Shown: positions 24,044 to 32,908 of the stretch, in pieces
How the letters are laid out: the number at the start of each line of letters is the position of its first letter
Numbering within the stretch: position 1 is the first letter of the stretch
DNA from: Capsulimonadaceae bacterium
GTDB taxonomy: Bacteria; Armatimonadota; Armatimonadia; Armatimonadales; Capsulimonadaceae
Length of the DNA: 64,000 nt
Direction of reading: 5' to 3'
NCBI GenBank assembly: GCA_965215505.1
Contig: OZ244065.1
Location: 4,701,835 to 4,765,834 of the forward strand
Notes under the pieces: generated by a model
What the model was told of the DNA's origin: nothing
The model's database searches: none
The model's input: only the letters and a program-made list of their open reading frames with translations
Made by a program: the position numbers and the translations under genes

Positions 24044-25623
24044 GCGTCTCCCGCTTCGGCCAGGACTCCTTCAGCCCTCGTCTCCTCGGAGGCGGGGGCC
24101 TCTTCACGTCCCAGCCCCGCCTTCCCCGGCAGCAGGGTAACGCCCGCCAGCAGCAGGGCGCAGAAGCCGACGAACCAGTCCCCCCACCGCACATACGGCG
24201 TCACCGTCTGGCGCGACTCGACCCGCCCCCACACCACGGCGGGCTGGAACAGGCCCGCCTCTGCGATCACCCGGCCCGACGGGTCAATCACCTGCGAGAC
24301 GCCGGTGGCCGCACTGCGGACGAGGTAGCGGTCGGTTTCGGCGGCGCGGACGGCGGCGATGGCGGAGTGCTGCCGTGCCGCGGCCGTGCGCCCGAACCAG
24401 GCGTCGTCAGTGGACACGACGAGCAGGCCCGCGCCGCGTGCCACTTGTTCTCGGAGGAAGCGGGGGTAGGACGACTCGAAGCAAATGGCCGCCCCGAGGG
24501 GGCCGACATCCGGCCCGCCGTCCAGCAGCAGCTGCTCGTCTTCGCCCGGCTTCATGTCGGAGTGCGTGACGTGGAGCGCTTCCAGGAACGGGAACCGCGC
24601 GACGCCCGGCACGAACTCCCCGAACGGCACGAGCTGCCGCTTCCGGTAGCTGCCGGTGATGTTGCCGTGCGCGTCCAGCAGGAACAGGCTGTTGGCGCTC
24701 TTGTGCAGGGCGGCGTCATACTCCCCGCCGCCGATGACCATGGCCTGATGCGCCCGGTAGGCCTGCCTCTGTACGCGCCGCCGCGTCTCCTCGTCGTTCA
24801 GCAGATACCCTGGGAAGGCCGTTTCCGGCCACACGACCAGGGCCGCCCCGTGCGCCGCCGCCTCCTGGCTCTGCCCCCCGAACGTCTGCATCACCCGCGC
24901 CGCGTAGGCCGGACCTTGCGGCACGTCCTGGACGATGTCCCCCTGCAAGGCCGCCGCCACGAACGTGGGCCGCAGATGCTCCGTCCGCAGCGTCACCCCC
25001 CCGTACACCAGTGCGGCGGCGACCAGGCCCGCCGCCGCTCCCGCGAATGCCCCCGCCCGCCGCTCCCGCCACGCCTCCGCCAGCGCGACGTTCACCAGCA
25101 CGAGCAGGAACGCCAGCCCCCAGATGCCCGTCAGCTTCGTCACCTGCAAGAGCGGTAGGGCGAGGTGCTGCGTGTAGGCCAGGTCCCCCCAGCCCAGCGC
25201 CAGCGTCCCCGACTGCCGCCACCACTCGACGACTGACCACAAGGCCGGGACGCCGAGCCGGAAGGCCCACGGGGAGGGCCTGGTGCGGAGCCACTGCGCG
25301 CCCAAAGCCCAGACGCCGAGGTAGAAGGCTTGATAGGCAGTGACCAAGACCCAGCCCAGCGTGCTGAGGGCGGGTCCGATGATGTGGCCCGCGAAGACGA
25401 TGATCCAGGTGGACATGGTGCCGAGGAAGCAAGCACCGAGGAGCAGCCCGTGGGCGAAGGCGGCGCGCTTGGAGCGGAAGGGGAACAGTGTGAGGAAGGG
25501 GACCAGGCCGGCCCAGGCGAGCCAGCCGCAGTCCAGGCGGGGGAGGGCGGCGGCCAGCAGCAGGCCGGAGAGGGCCGTCAGGGCGAGGCGTTTCCACGCC
25601 CCGCGCGTGTCATGTTTTTGCAT
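24040..25623 (-). CDS. lnt: Apolipoprotein N-acyltransferase
   Basis: The product is 527 aa. It has an N-terminal multi-TM domain and a C-terminal nitrilase-like domain with VVWPE and AICFES motifs. Confidence 0.88.
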   Translation of the reverse strand: MQKHDTRGAWKRLALTALSGLLLAAALPRLDCGWLAWAGLVPFLTLFPFRSKRAAFAHGLLLGACFLGTMSTWIIVFAGHIIGPALSTLGWVLVTAYQAFYLGVWALGAQWLRTRPSPWAFRLGVPALWSVVEWWRQSGTLALGWGDLAYTQHLALPLLQVTKLTGIWGLAFLLVLVNVALAEAWRERRAGAFAGAAAGLVAAALVYGGVTLRTEHLRPTFVAAALQGDIVQDVPQGPAYAARVMQTFGGQSQEAAAHGAALVVWPETAFPGYLLNDEETRRRVQRQAYRAHQAMVIGGGEYDAALHKSANSLFLLDAHGNITGSYRKRQLVPFGEFVPGVARFPFLEALHVTHSDMKPGEDEQLLLDGGPDVGPLGAAICFESSYPRFLREQVARGAGLLVVSTDDAWFGRTAAARQHSAIAAVRAAETDRYLVRSAATGVSQVIDPSGRVIAEAGLFQPAVVWGRVESRQTVTPYVRWGDWFVGFCALLLAGVTLLPGKAGLGREEAPASEETRAEGVLAEAGDA

Positions 25624-25682
25624 TGCGGGGGGATTGTACCACTGTTGCCCCCCGCCCCCCAGAGGAAACTTCGCAGGACTTG

Positions 25683-28600
25683 CTACCGGGCACTGGCCGC
25701 CGTCAGCGCCAGCAGGGCGGGGACGCCGCGCCGGTCCGGGCCGTACACCAGGTCAACCGTTCCGATCACCTTGGCCGGGAACGGGTTATTCCACTGCTGG
25801 GAGTAGGCCACCGCGGAATAGGGCGTCCCGGCAAACGGCTTCGCCCAGGCGGTCTGCGCGCCCGGCAGGGCGGTGGGGACCGTCTGCCGATAGTCGTCCA
25901 CGCTGATCTCGGCGTAGACCGGGACTTTAGCGGCCGTGCCGTCGGCGTAATGAACGACGTAGTCGGCCATCTCGTACCGCTTGCCCTGCTTGACCTCGTC
26001 CGCATTGCGGCGGCTGTCCAGGCGGGCGGCTTGCAGGAAGAACAGGGCGTCGGCTTTACGATTGACCGGGATGCCGACAACATGGTCGGGCAGGCCGCCC
26101 GGTACTCCATTGCCGCCGAGCATGACGACGGAGGGCACCGGCGAGGTGGCGAAGTCGTAAAGGGTGTAGGGCACCCCGGCGAAATGCTGACGCCCACGCG
26201 GCAGGTCGGCGAACGTATACGCCTTGTCGCCGAACCAGCCCCGGTCGGTGAGGTACTGGTTCGCCTGCCTGGACAGGTCGAGCGGCGTGTAGGTCAGGTC
26301 GGCGGCCCCCGCGATCACCGTCTTGCCGCCCGAAAACGGCGCGTGGAGATTACGGAGGAGTGTCGCCAGGATGGCCTGCTTCTTGCCCGCGTTCTCCGGG
26401 TTCGTCTCCGCCTCCTTGAACTTGACGTTGCACAAAAGGATGCCGCCCGCCCCGCGCGGGTACTCAAGCATCGCGCCGATGTTCAGCAGCGGCCTGACGC
26501 TCCGGTAGAAGGAGGCGGGACGGGCCGCTTTCAAGTAGATGTTGTCCAGGCCGATGTTCGTGCTGCCCGGCTTCCGGGCATAGTCCACGACCTGCAAGGT
26601 GATCTCTTTCGCCATGCGCGGCGGGCTGAGGGTGAACGTCTGCGGGTCGCCGTTCGGCTGGACGTCCAGCGGGACCCGGTCCGTGCCGTTGAAAACGAGC
26701 GCGATCTTGGTCGTCGGGTTGTAGTTCAGGTCCTGCACATAGGTGAACTGCGTGATCTTTTCACTCCGGGGCAGCGTGATCGGGATGCCGGTCGTCTTGC
26801 CCGGCTCGGGGCCGGGGAAGTTGATGATGAGTGGCCAGAAGCCGTCCGCCTGCGTGTAGTTGTTGGTGATCTTGTCCCAGGCGAAAAACGGCGACTTGCC
26901 GAACGGGGCCACGTCGTCATAATCCAGAACGTAGCTGTAGGCGTCGGCGTCCGGATACTGGCCCGCCGAGTAGCCGAAGATCTGCTTGCCGGACCCCATG
27001 ACGATGGCCGAGGTCGCAAGCCCCGCCGTCAGCGGGTTGCGGACGGCGGGCCAGGTGACTTTCTCCTGCCCGAAAGGCCGGATCAGGTGATCTACGCCGA
27101 CCAGCGCGTTATAATCGGCCAGGCCCTCAGGCGTCACATCGTTCAGCACCAGCCACCCACCGCCGCGCGTGAAGGCTTCTACGCGGGCCTTGTTCCGGGC
27201 CAGGGCGTGCAGGGCGGCGGGCGTCGCGCGGACGACCGCGATGCCGCCCGGCTTGCCCAGCGCGGCCAGGGGGTCGGCCGCTTTGCCGTAGTCCAGGCCG
27301 ACCGCCTCCATCGCCTTCAGCAGCGGCGCGTCGTCGCCGACGGCCGCCGTCACCGGATGGAACACCTGCCTGTAGGCCAGGCCGTAGAAGACCATGTTCA
27401 GCAGGAGCTTTTGCGCGACCGGGTTTGTGGTTAGCTTCTGCCCGATGACGAGCTGGCTGATCAGCATCTCGCCCCTGCCCGCCGTCATCTCGGCCAGGGC
27501 GGTGTCTTGCAGGCGCGGGCCGCACTGGACCAGCGACTTGCCGCCCGTCGTGGGCTTGACGTAGGCGTCACGGTAGACGGTCCCGTCCTGGCCCCAGGTG
27601 AAGAAGTCTTTTTGTGCCAGCCCGCGCAGGACCGGATGGTCCAGGTCTTCGGCGAAGGCGATGCCGCCCCGGTTGGTGTCCGGGGCCATGTCGCCGGGCA
27701 AGGCCTGGAAGCGGAGCGGGTTCTTCTGTTCCAGCACGATGACCGTGTGCCCGCCCGACGCATAGGCGGCCAGCGCACTCGACGTGCTTTGGGCCGCCGT
27801 CAGCGCGTCGGGGCCGATGATAAGGACCTTAGCCCCAGCGGGCAGCACGTTCAGGCTTGCAAGCCTTGTGAACGGCAGCCTTTGAGCGTTCAGGAGGGCC
27901 GCGACGGTTCCCGCCGGGTCATAGACGGCGAGCGATCCGGTTCCCGGCAGCGGCTGTATCGCCTGCACCCGCGCTCCGGCGCGGTGGAAGTGGCGGGCGG
28001 TCCTGATGCCTACCGGCAGGACGGAAACCGCCTTCACGTCCCGGTACACCTCCTTGCCAGCGCGCGTCAGCGTCAGCGTCCACGTCCCCTCCTGACGGTC
28101 GGCGGCAGCGGGCATCGGCAGCGTCACGTCGAACTTTCGGTCACCGCCCGCCGGGACGGCGCAGGCCTTGCTCGTGCGCGCGATCTGCCTGCCGCCGACC
28201 GTCAGCACACAGGTCAGCGTGATCGGGGATGCATCGTGCGTGTCGTTAAAAATGCCCAGCGTCCGCGTCACCTTTTGGCCGCCTCCGAACGTCCAGTCCC
28301 ACTGCCGGCACAGCACGGCGACCGGCTGCCAGGCCGGATACTGGAGGTCGGTTTCGCCGCCGAACCAGAAGTGGAAGTTGATGCCGTTCCAGCGGTAGCC
28401 CTCCGATAGCATCCGCGCGGCCAGCCCGACGGCCGGGTGCGACTCGGCCTTGCCGACAAATGCGCTCTCGCCGCCGACCGTCGCCAACTCCGCCGGGTCA
28501 ACGCCGTTGGCGAAGAAGTCCTCGCCCAGCAGGATCGGCTTGGCCTGTGTGATCGGCCAGATCTGCCGGTGCGCGAGAGCCGCGCGGTCATACGCGCCCT

Positions 28601-30725
28601 CAGGCAGCGTGTCCAGGCTGGGCTGTAGATAGTGGCCGCCGTAGACGGGCAGCGACTCGTCTAAAAGGGCGTTGCCGCCGTCGGTCATCTGCGGGCGGGT
28701 CGGGTCCAGCGCGGCCAGCATGTCGGCGGCCCGCTTCATCTCCCGCGTCGTCACCTTGTCCTGCCCGAAGACATGGGCGTTGATGAAGGTGATCTCGTTC
28801 TCCATGCTCCAGATGAAGATGGACGGGTGGTTGCGCTGGCCCTTGACCCAGGCGGCGAGCTGCTGACGCCAGTTTTCATAGAGGGCGGGCCGGGTGATGT
28901 CGTAAAACCCGTTCGCGCCTTCCCCGTCGAAAATGCCGGTGCGGCGGACGGGGACGCCTTGCGCGTCGAAGAAGTCTAAAGCGTCCGGCATCTCCTTCCC
29001 GCCGTAGACGCCCTCCGCCCAGACGCGCTGCATGGTCTGCCCGTGTTTAAGCCACAGGGAAACCGCTTCGAGGTCCGCCCGTCCGTAACCCGCCAGGTCC
29101 GCCCGCCCGTGCCACGGCACGCCGTTCAGGGTGAACTGCGGACCCGACCAGCCCCACTCGCGGAAGCCGAACTTGGTGGTACGCTCGTCAACGGGCCGCC
29201 CGCCGATGCTCAAGGTCGTGACGACGTTGTACTGCGCCGGGGCGTCCGGCCACCACAGCTTGGGGTCGGCCCAGCCCTCGGACAGCCGAACGACCGCGCC
29301 CTGTCCGGCGGGGACGGACACGTCCTGCGGTGCGAACGTCTTGGCGACCGGCCCGCCCGCCAGCGGCACGACCTTGTTCGCGACAGTTACGGTCATCGCT
29401 TGCTCCGTCGGGTTATGCACCGTCACTTCCAGCCCCAGGGTTTTCTTCTTGACCGAGGGAACGGCAAACACGTCGGACGTGTAGGCCCGTCCCGCCACAA
29501 TGAGGGAGGGCGTCAGTAGCAGCCCCGTCTCGTAGTGCGATAGGACGGGCATGTCGAGCTGGTTGGTCGTGTTATAGTGCCAGAAATCGTAAGGGGTGTA
29601 CTGCGGGTGACGCGCGTTCTCGGCATTTGCCAGGCCGTAGAAGGCGTCTTTGACGCCCACCCAGACCTCGTTGACCTGCCCCGGATCGACCGCCTGCGTG
29701 ATGTCGCAGTCCCAGGCCGCATAGGGGGCCTTCGTCCAGCCGCATTGCCGCCCGTTGACGAAGACGGTGGCAATCATGTTCTCGGAGGGGACGTGCAAAT
29801 AGAACGCCCGTCCCGCCGCGCCTGACGGCACGTTTACCCGCGTCCGCAGCCAGTACCGATGCACATAGGTCAGCTCGGGCCGGGCCGCGTTCCGGTCGCC
29901 GGGCACCGAAAGGGCGTGCCAGCTCAGGTCGCCTGCGGCGGGCGCGGCCTTGATCGGCCCCAGCCGGTCGTCCGTCACCGCCTCGTCGTCGGCCGCCGCC
30001 TGCCAGTCGCCTCGGAGCGGCGTGGCCGTCTGTGCCGCGCCGTCCGGGACAGCCAGCGTGAAGACGTGCGTCGCCGCCGCTTTGTCGGCGTCCGAGAGCG
30101 CGGCTAGGTCGCCCGGCTTGTTCGGCCCGTCGGGATGAAACGGGGCCGTCGTCAGGCACAGGGCGTCGGAGGCGTAGACGATCTTCGCGTCCTTGCCCTT
30201 GTCGTCTTTCGTCCGGGACAAGCGGATTTGCAGCGTGTGCGGCCCTGCCGTGAGTGTTTGCCGCCCCAGCGGCAGCCAGGCGACGGGGTTCCAGGTCTGG
30301 AGTTCCTCCACGTCTAGGGTGTCCGCGTCCGGCCTCACCGTCGCCCACGCGCCGCCGTCCATGCGCCACTCAAAGGAGGAGCGGACGCGCTCGTACCCAA
30401 CCCGGTCCCAGACGCCATAATCGCCCGCCGCCGGTGCCGCGATGCCATACGTCAGCACGATCCCTTCCGCCGGGACCGTCTTCGCCACGTCCCCGGCCTC
30501 GATGTTAACATGGAGCCACTTGCCGCCCGCAAGGTACTGCGGTCGGCCCACGTCTTCGATAGTCGGCTTGACCGAGGCAGGCGTGACGGACGTCGGCGCT
30601 TCGCCCTCCACCCAGGCAAAGTTCGCGGGCGCGTCGGCGCGGGCTGTCAGAGGAAGGAGGCTGAGGGCGAGGAGGGCGAAAGCAAACGGGGCAAAGGCGA
30701 AAAGGGGGCGGCGTTTATGAGGCAT
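25683..30725 (-). CDS. Very large secreted multidomain protein with a glycoside hydrolase family 2-like core
   Basis: The product is 1680 aa from the ATG at 30725. It has a signal peptide (MPHKRRPLFAFAPFAFALLALSLLPLTARA) and the GH2 signature NHPSIFIWSMENE. The ORF-track start at 30881 would read through an intergenic palindrome. Confidence 0.8.
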   Translation of the reverse strand: MPHKRRPLFAFAPFAFALLALSLLPLTARADAPANFAWVEGEAPTSVTPASVKPTIEDVGRPQYLAGGKWLHVNIEAGDVAKTVPAEGIVLTYGIAAPAAGDYGVWDRVGYERVRSSFEWRMDGGAWATVRPDADTLDVEELQTWNPVAWLPLGRQTLTAGPHTLQIRLSRTKDDKGKDAKIVYASDALCLTTAPFHPDGPNKPGDLAALSDADKAAATHVFTLAVPDGAAQTATPLRGDWQAAADDEAVTDDRLGPIKAAPAAGDLSWHALSVPGDRNAARPELTYVHRYWLRTRVNVPSGAAGRAFYLHVPSENMIATVFVNGRQCGWTKAPYAAWDCDITQAVDPGQVNEVWVGVKDAFYGLANAENARHPQYTPYDFWHYNTTNQLDMPVLSHYETGLLLTPSLIVAGRAYTSDVFAVPSVKKKTLGLEVTVHNPTEQAMTVTVANKVVPLAGGPVAKTFAPQDVSVPAGQGAVVRLSEGWADPKLWWPDAPAQYNVVTTLSIGGRPVDERTTKFGFREWGWSGPQFTLNGVPWHGRADLAGYGRADLEAVSLWLKHGQTMQRVWAEGVYGGKEMPDALDFFDAQGVPVRRTGIFDGEGANGFYDITRPALYENWRQQLAAWVKGQRNHPSIFIWSMENEITFINAHVFGQDKVTTREMKRAADMLAALDPTRPQMTDGGNALLDESLPVYGGHYLQPSLDTLPEGAYDRAALAHRQIWPITQAKPILLGEDFFANGVDPAELATVGGESAFVGKAESHPAVGLAARMLSEGYRWNGINFHFWFGGETDLQYPAWQPVAVLCRQWDWTFGGGQKVTRTLGIFNDTHDASPITLTCVLTVGGRQIARTSKACAVPAGGDRKFDVTLPMPAAADRQEGTWTLTLTRAGKEVYRDVKAVSVLPVGIRTARHFHRAGARVQAIQPLPGTGSLAVYDPAGTVAALLNAQRLPFTRLASLNVLPAGAKVLIIGPDALTAAQSTSSALAAYASGGHTVIVLEQKNPLRFQALPGDMAPDTNRGGIAFAEDLDHPVLRGLAQKDFFTWGQDGTVYRDAYVKPTTGGKSLVQCGPRLQDTALAEMTAGRGEMLISQLVIGQKLTTNPVAQKLLLNMVFYGLAYRQVFHPVTAAVGDDAPLLKAMEAVGLDYGKAADPLAALGKPGGIAVVRATPAALHALARNKARVEAFTRGGGWLVLNDVTPEGLADYNALVGVDHLIRPFGQEKVTWPAVRNPLTAGLATSAIVMGSGKQIFGYSAGQYPDADAYSYVLDYDDVAPFGKSPFFAWDKITNNYTQADGFWPLIINFPGPEPGKTTGIPITLPRSEKITQFTYVQDLNYNPTTKIALVFNGTDRVPLDVQPNGDPQTFTLSPPRMAKEITLQVVDYARKPGSTNIGLDNIYLKAARPASFYRSVRPLLNIGAMLEYPRGAGGILLCNVKFKEAETNPENAGKKQAILATLLRNLHAPFSGGKTVIAGAADLTYTPLDLSRQANQYLTDRGWFGDKAYTFADLPRGRQHFAGVPYTLYDFATSPVPSVVMLGGNGVPGGLPDHVVGIPVNRKADALFFLQAARLDSRRNADEVKQGKRYEMADYVVHYADGTAAKVPVYAEISVDDYRQTVPTALPGAQTAWAKPFAGTPYSAVAYSQQWNNPFPAKVIGTVDLVYGPDRRGVPALLALTAASAR

Positions 30726-30746
30726 TCTGTTGATCCTAACGAAAAA

Positions 30747-30892
30747 ACCGGCCATGAATGGCCGGCCTACTTTTGAGTGAAAACCCCTGCGGGGTTGAAG
30801 ACCGTAGGGGCGCCGCTTGCCGCGCCCTCCTGCCTTGTCCCCAGTCGCGGAGCGACTTCCATTCGCGAGTAGGCCGGCCATTCATGGCCGGT
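30747..30892. repeat. Palindromic intergenic element: perfect 25-bp inverted repeats flanking a 96-bp core
   Basis: ACCGGCCATGAATGGCCGGCCTACT (30747-30771) pairs with AGTAGGCCGGCCATTCATGGCCGGT (30868-30892). The core contains the dispersed motif GTAGGGGCGCCGCTTGCCGCGCCCT. Confidence 0.9.
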
Positions 30893-30897
30893 TCCGC

Positions 30898-31803
30898 TCA
30901 CGCCGCCGCGCCCACCATTCCTGCCCCCGACTTCGGCGCGGCGGGCCGCTTGGTGCCCAATATCTCCATCAGGTTCGCCGACGGGCCGACCAGGAACAGC
31001 GCGAAGTACGGCGCGTGGACGTTGCCCGTCAGGCGCAGGACGCATTCCACGGCCGCCACCGAGGCGGCCACCGCCATCTGCGGGCCGACGCCCTTCACCG
31101 TGCTTTTGGGGTCCGTGATCATGAAGAAGATGAAGAGCTGGTAGACCGGCCCCGTGATCGGCGCGACTTCATCCACGAAGGCACGCCACAGGCCCATGTC
31201 GTGATGCCCCGGCAGGGCAGCGCGCAGGGCGGCGAATGCGACGAACGCCCCGACGTAGGCGGCGCAGATGTGCAGCCGCTTCAAGCGCCACAGGATGACC
31301 GAGCCTAATGTCCAGATCGTCACCATCGGCCAGATCGAGTTGCTGAACTGCTGCGTCAGGCTCGCCACCGCCACCGGTGCCAAAAACAGCATCGCCGAGA
31401 TGCCAAAGTTGGAAGGGTTCCACAGATGCCGCCCGTGCAGGCGCAGGACGTACTTGGACAGGATCGAGATCACCGACACGAACACGAATGGCCAGATCAA
31501 GGGCGACCGGACCAGGATGCCGCAGCTGATCCCCGACACATAGGCGCTCGCCAGGTGCGGGAACTTGCGGTAGACGAGGTAGCTCAGGACGATCTCGGTC
31601 GCGATGCTGCACCCGATGGCGAGAAATGTCTTCGGGTAGCTCTCCAGGATGCCGTAGGAGACCTGCCCGATGATGAGAATCAGCGTGATGACGAGGGGCG
31701 CGACGTAGCGGCTGTCGAACTGCGGCTTCGGCGGCGCGGCGGGCGGCATCCGCTCCGACAGGGCGGGGGCGGACACCGGGGAAGAAAGGCGTTCCTTGAT
31801 CAT
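30898..31803 (-). CDS. Integral membrane protein, RnfD/NqrB-like (UnbU-like)
   Basis: The 301-aa polytopic product has HLWNPSNFGI and FFMITDPKST motifs. It is adjacent to UnbV/CRTAC1 genes. Confidence 0.6.
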   Translation of the reverse strand: MIKERLSSPVSAPALSERMPPAAPPKPQFDSRYVAPLVITLILIIGQVSYGILESYPKTFLAIGCSIATEIVLSYLVYRKFPHLASAYVSGISCGILVRSPLIWPFVFVSVISILSKYVLRLHGRHLWNPSNFGISAMLFLAPVAVASLTQQFSNSIWPMVTIWTLGSVILWRLKRLHICAAYVGAFVAFAALRAALPGHHDMGLWRAFVDEVAPITGPVYQLFIFFMITDPKSTVKGVGPQMAVAASVAAVECVLRLTGNVHAPYFALFLVGPSANLMEILGTKRPAAPKSGAGMVGAAA

Positions 31804-31961
31804 GGCGTCTTACCATTTCTAATGCGGGATGAGGCTGATTGCGACTATTATACCACACACGGGCGGCATGGGGCAAACGAAAACCGCCGCAGGGGATTTT
31901 CCCTGCGACGGTCTTATACGACTGCCGACAAGTGCGGCAGGCCGGCTGAACAGTGACGTGC

Positions 31962-32825
31962 TTAGATCGGACTCATCGTGGCCGCGAAGCCGGAGGCACC
32001 TGTTCCGGCTGCCACTCCGGCAGGGCTTGAGGGGGCACAGGGGCTTCCGTTCTGGTCCTGCGGGCAGGAGGCATTGTTGTTCGCGGTCCCGGCCGAAACC
32101 TGGCTGGGGCGCAGCCACTTGACGTGGCCATCCACCAGGGCGAAGTTGGAGCCGTCCGCATGCCGCCCGGTCGGGGCCAGGTAGCGGCCCTTGTAGTTAT
32201 TCGCCGCCAGGGTGTTCGGGCTGCCGAGGTAGCCGGTGGCATACTTCGTCGTGCCGTTGTTGTCGCCGCCGTCGATCCAGCCGGCCCCGTACTGGTCATA
32301 GCCCAGGGCCGAGACCGTCGCGGTCTCCTGCGGGTAGCTGAGTGTCGCGGGGTCGCCGGCGATCTCCATCAGCAGGACCGTGCTGGACGGGGCGGACTGC
32401 TGCGACAGGCTGCCGCCCGCCATGTTCGAGCCGAGATTCTCGTTCATCGCGTAGGAGACCGGCGTCCGCGCAGCGCCCTGATTCCCGAGCGTTGCCCCCG
32501 GCCCCACGTTGTCGCCGCTGGTCGAGTCGTCCGGGCAGGTGAAGACGCCGCTGCTCTTGACGAAACTGTAGATCTCGCCCCCCCAGCCCCGGCCCGCGCC
32601 GCCGGGGGCATTGCCACACGGCATTCTCTCGTCGGAATCCTGGGTGTACTGGACGAACGCCAGCGCGAGCTGCTTCTCGTTGGACTCACACGAGGCGCGG
32701 CGGGCGTTCTCGCGGACCTTCTGGAAGACCGGGAACAGGATCGCCGCGAGAATCGCTATGATCGCGATGACGACGAGCAGCTCGATCAGGGTGAAACCCG
32801 ACCGGGGCTTAGCGGGGTGGGACAT
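31962..32825 (-). CDS. Prepilin-type N-terminal cleavage/methylation domain protein (DUF1559, H-X9-DG family)
   Basis: It has the N-terminus [25 protein letters not shown] and a C-terminal [14 protein letters not shown] motif. Confidence 0.88.
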   Translation of the reverse strand: MSHPAKPRSGFTLIELLVVIAIIAILAAILFPVFQKVRENARRASCESNEKQLALAFVQYTQDSDERMPCGNAPGGAGRGWGGEIYSFVKSSGVFTCPDDSTSGDNVGPGATLGNQGAARTPVSYAMNENLGSNMAGGSLSQQSAPSSTVLLMEIAGDPATLSYPQETATVSALGYDQYGAGWIDGGDNNGTTKYATGYLGSPNTLAANNYKGRYLAPTGRHADGSNFALVDGHVKWLRPSQVSAGTANNNASCPQDQNGSPCAPSSPAGVAAGTGASGFAATMSPI

Positions 32826-32908
32826 AAAGCGTGTTCTCCTTGAATCCTATACGGCACTACTGTACACACTGTGACACAGCACCGGTAATGATGTCAATGT
32901 TTTTTTTG

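Noticed and set aside
30758-31144. ORFs crossing the 30747-30892 palindrome (e.g. 30758-31144, 30767-31045) and the N-terminal extension of the GH2-like ORF to 30881
   Set aside because: The peptides (…GRPFMAG…) are produced twice by the two arms of the inverted repeat. The GH2-like protein has a proper signal peptide starting at the ATG at 30725.
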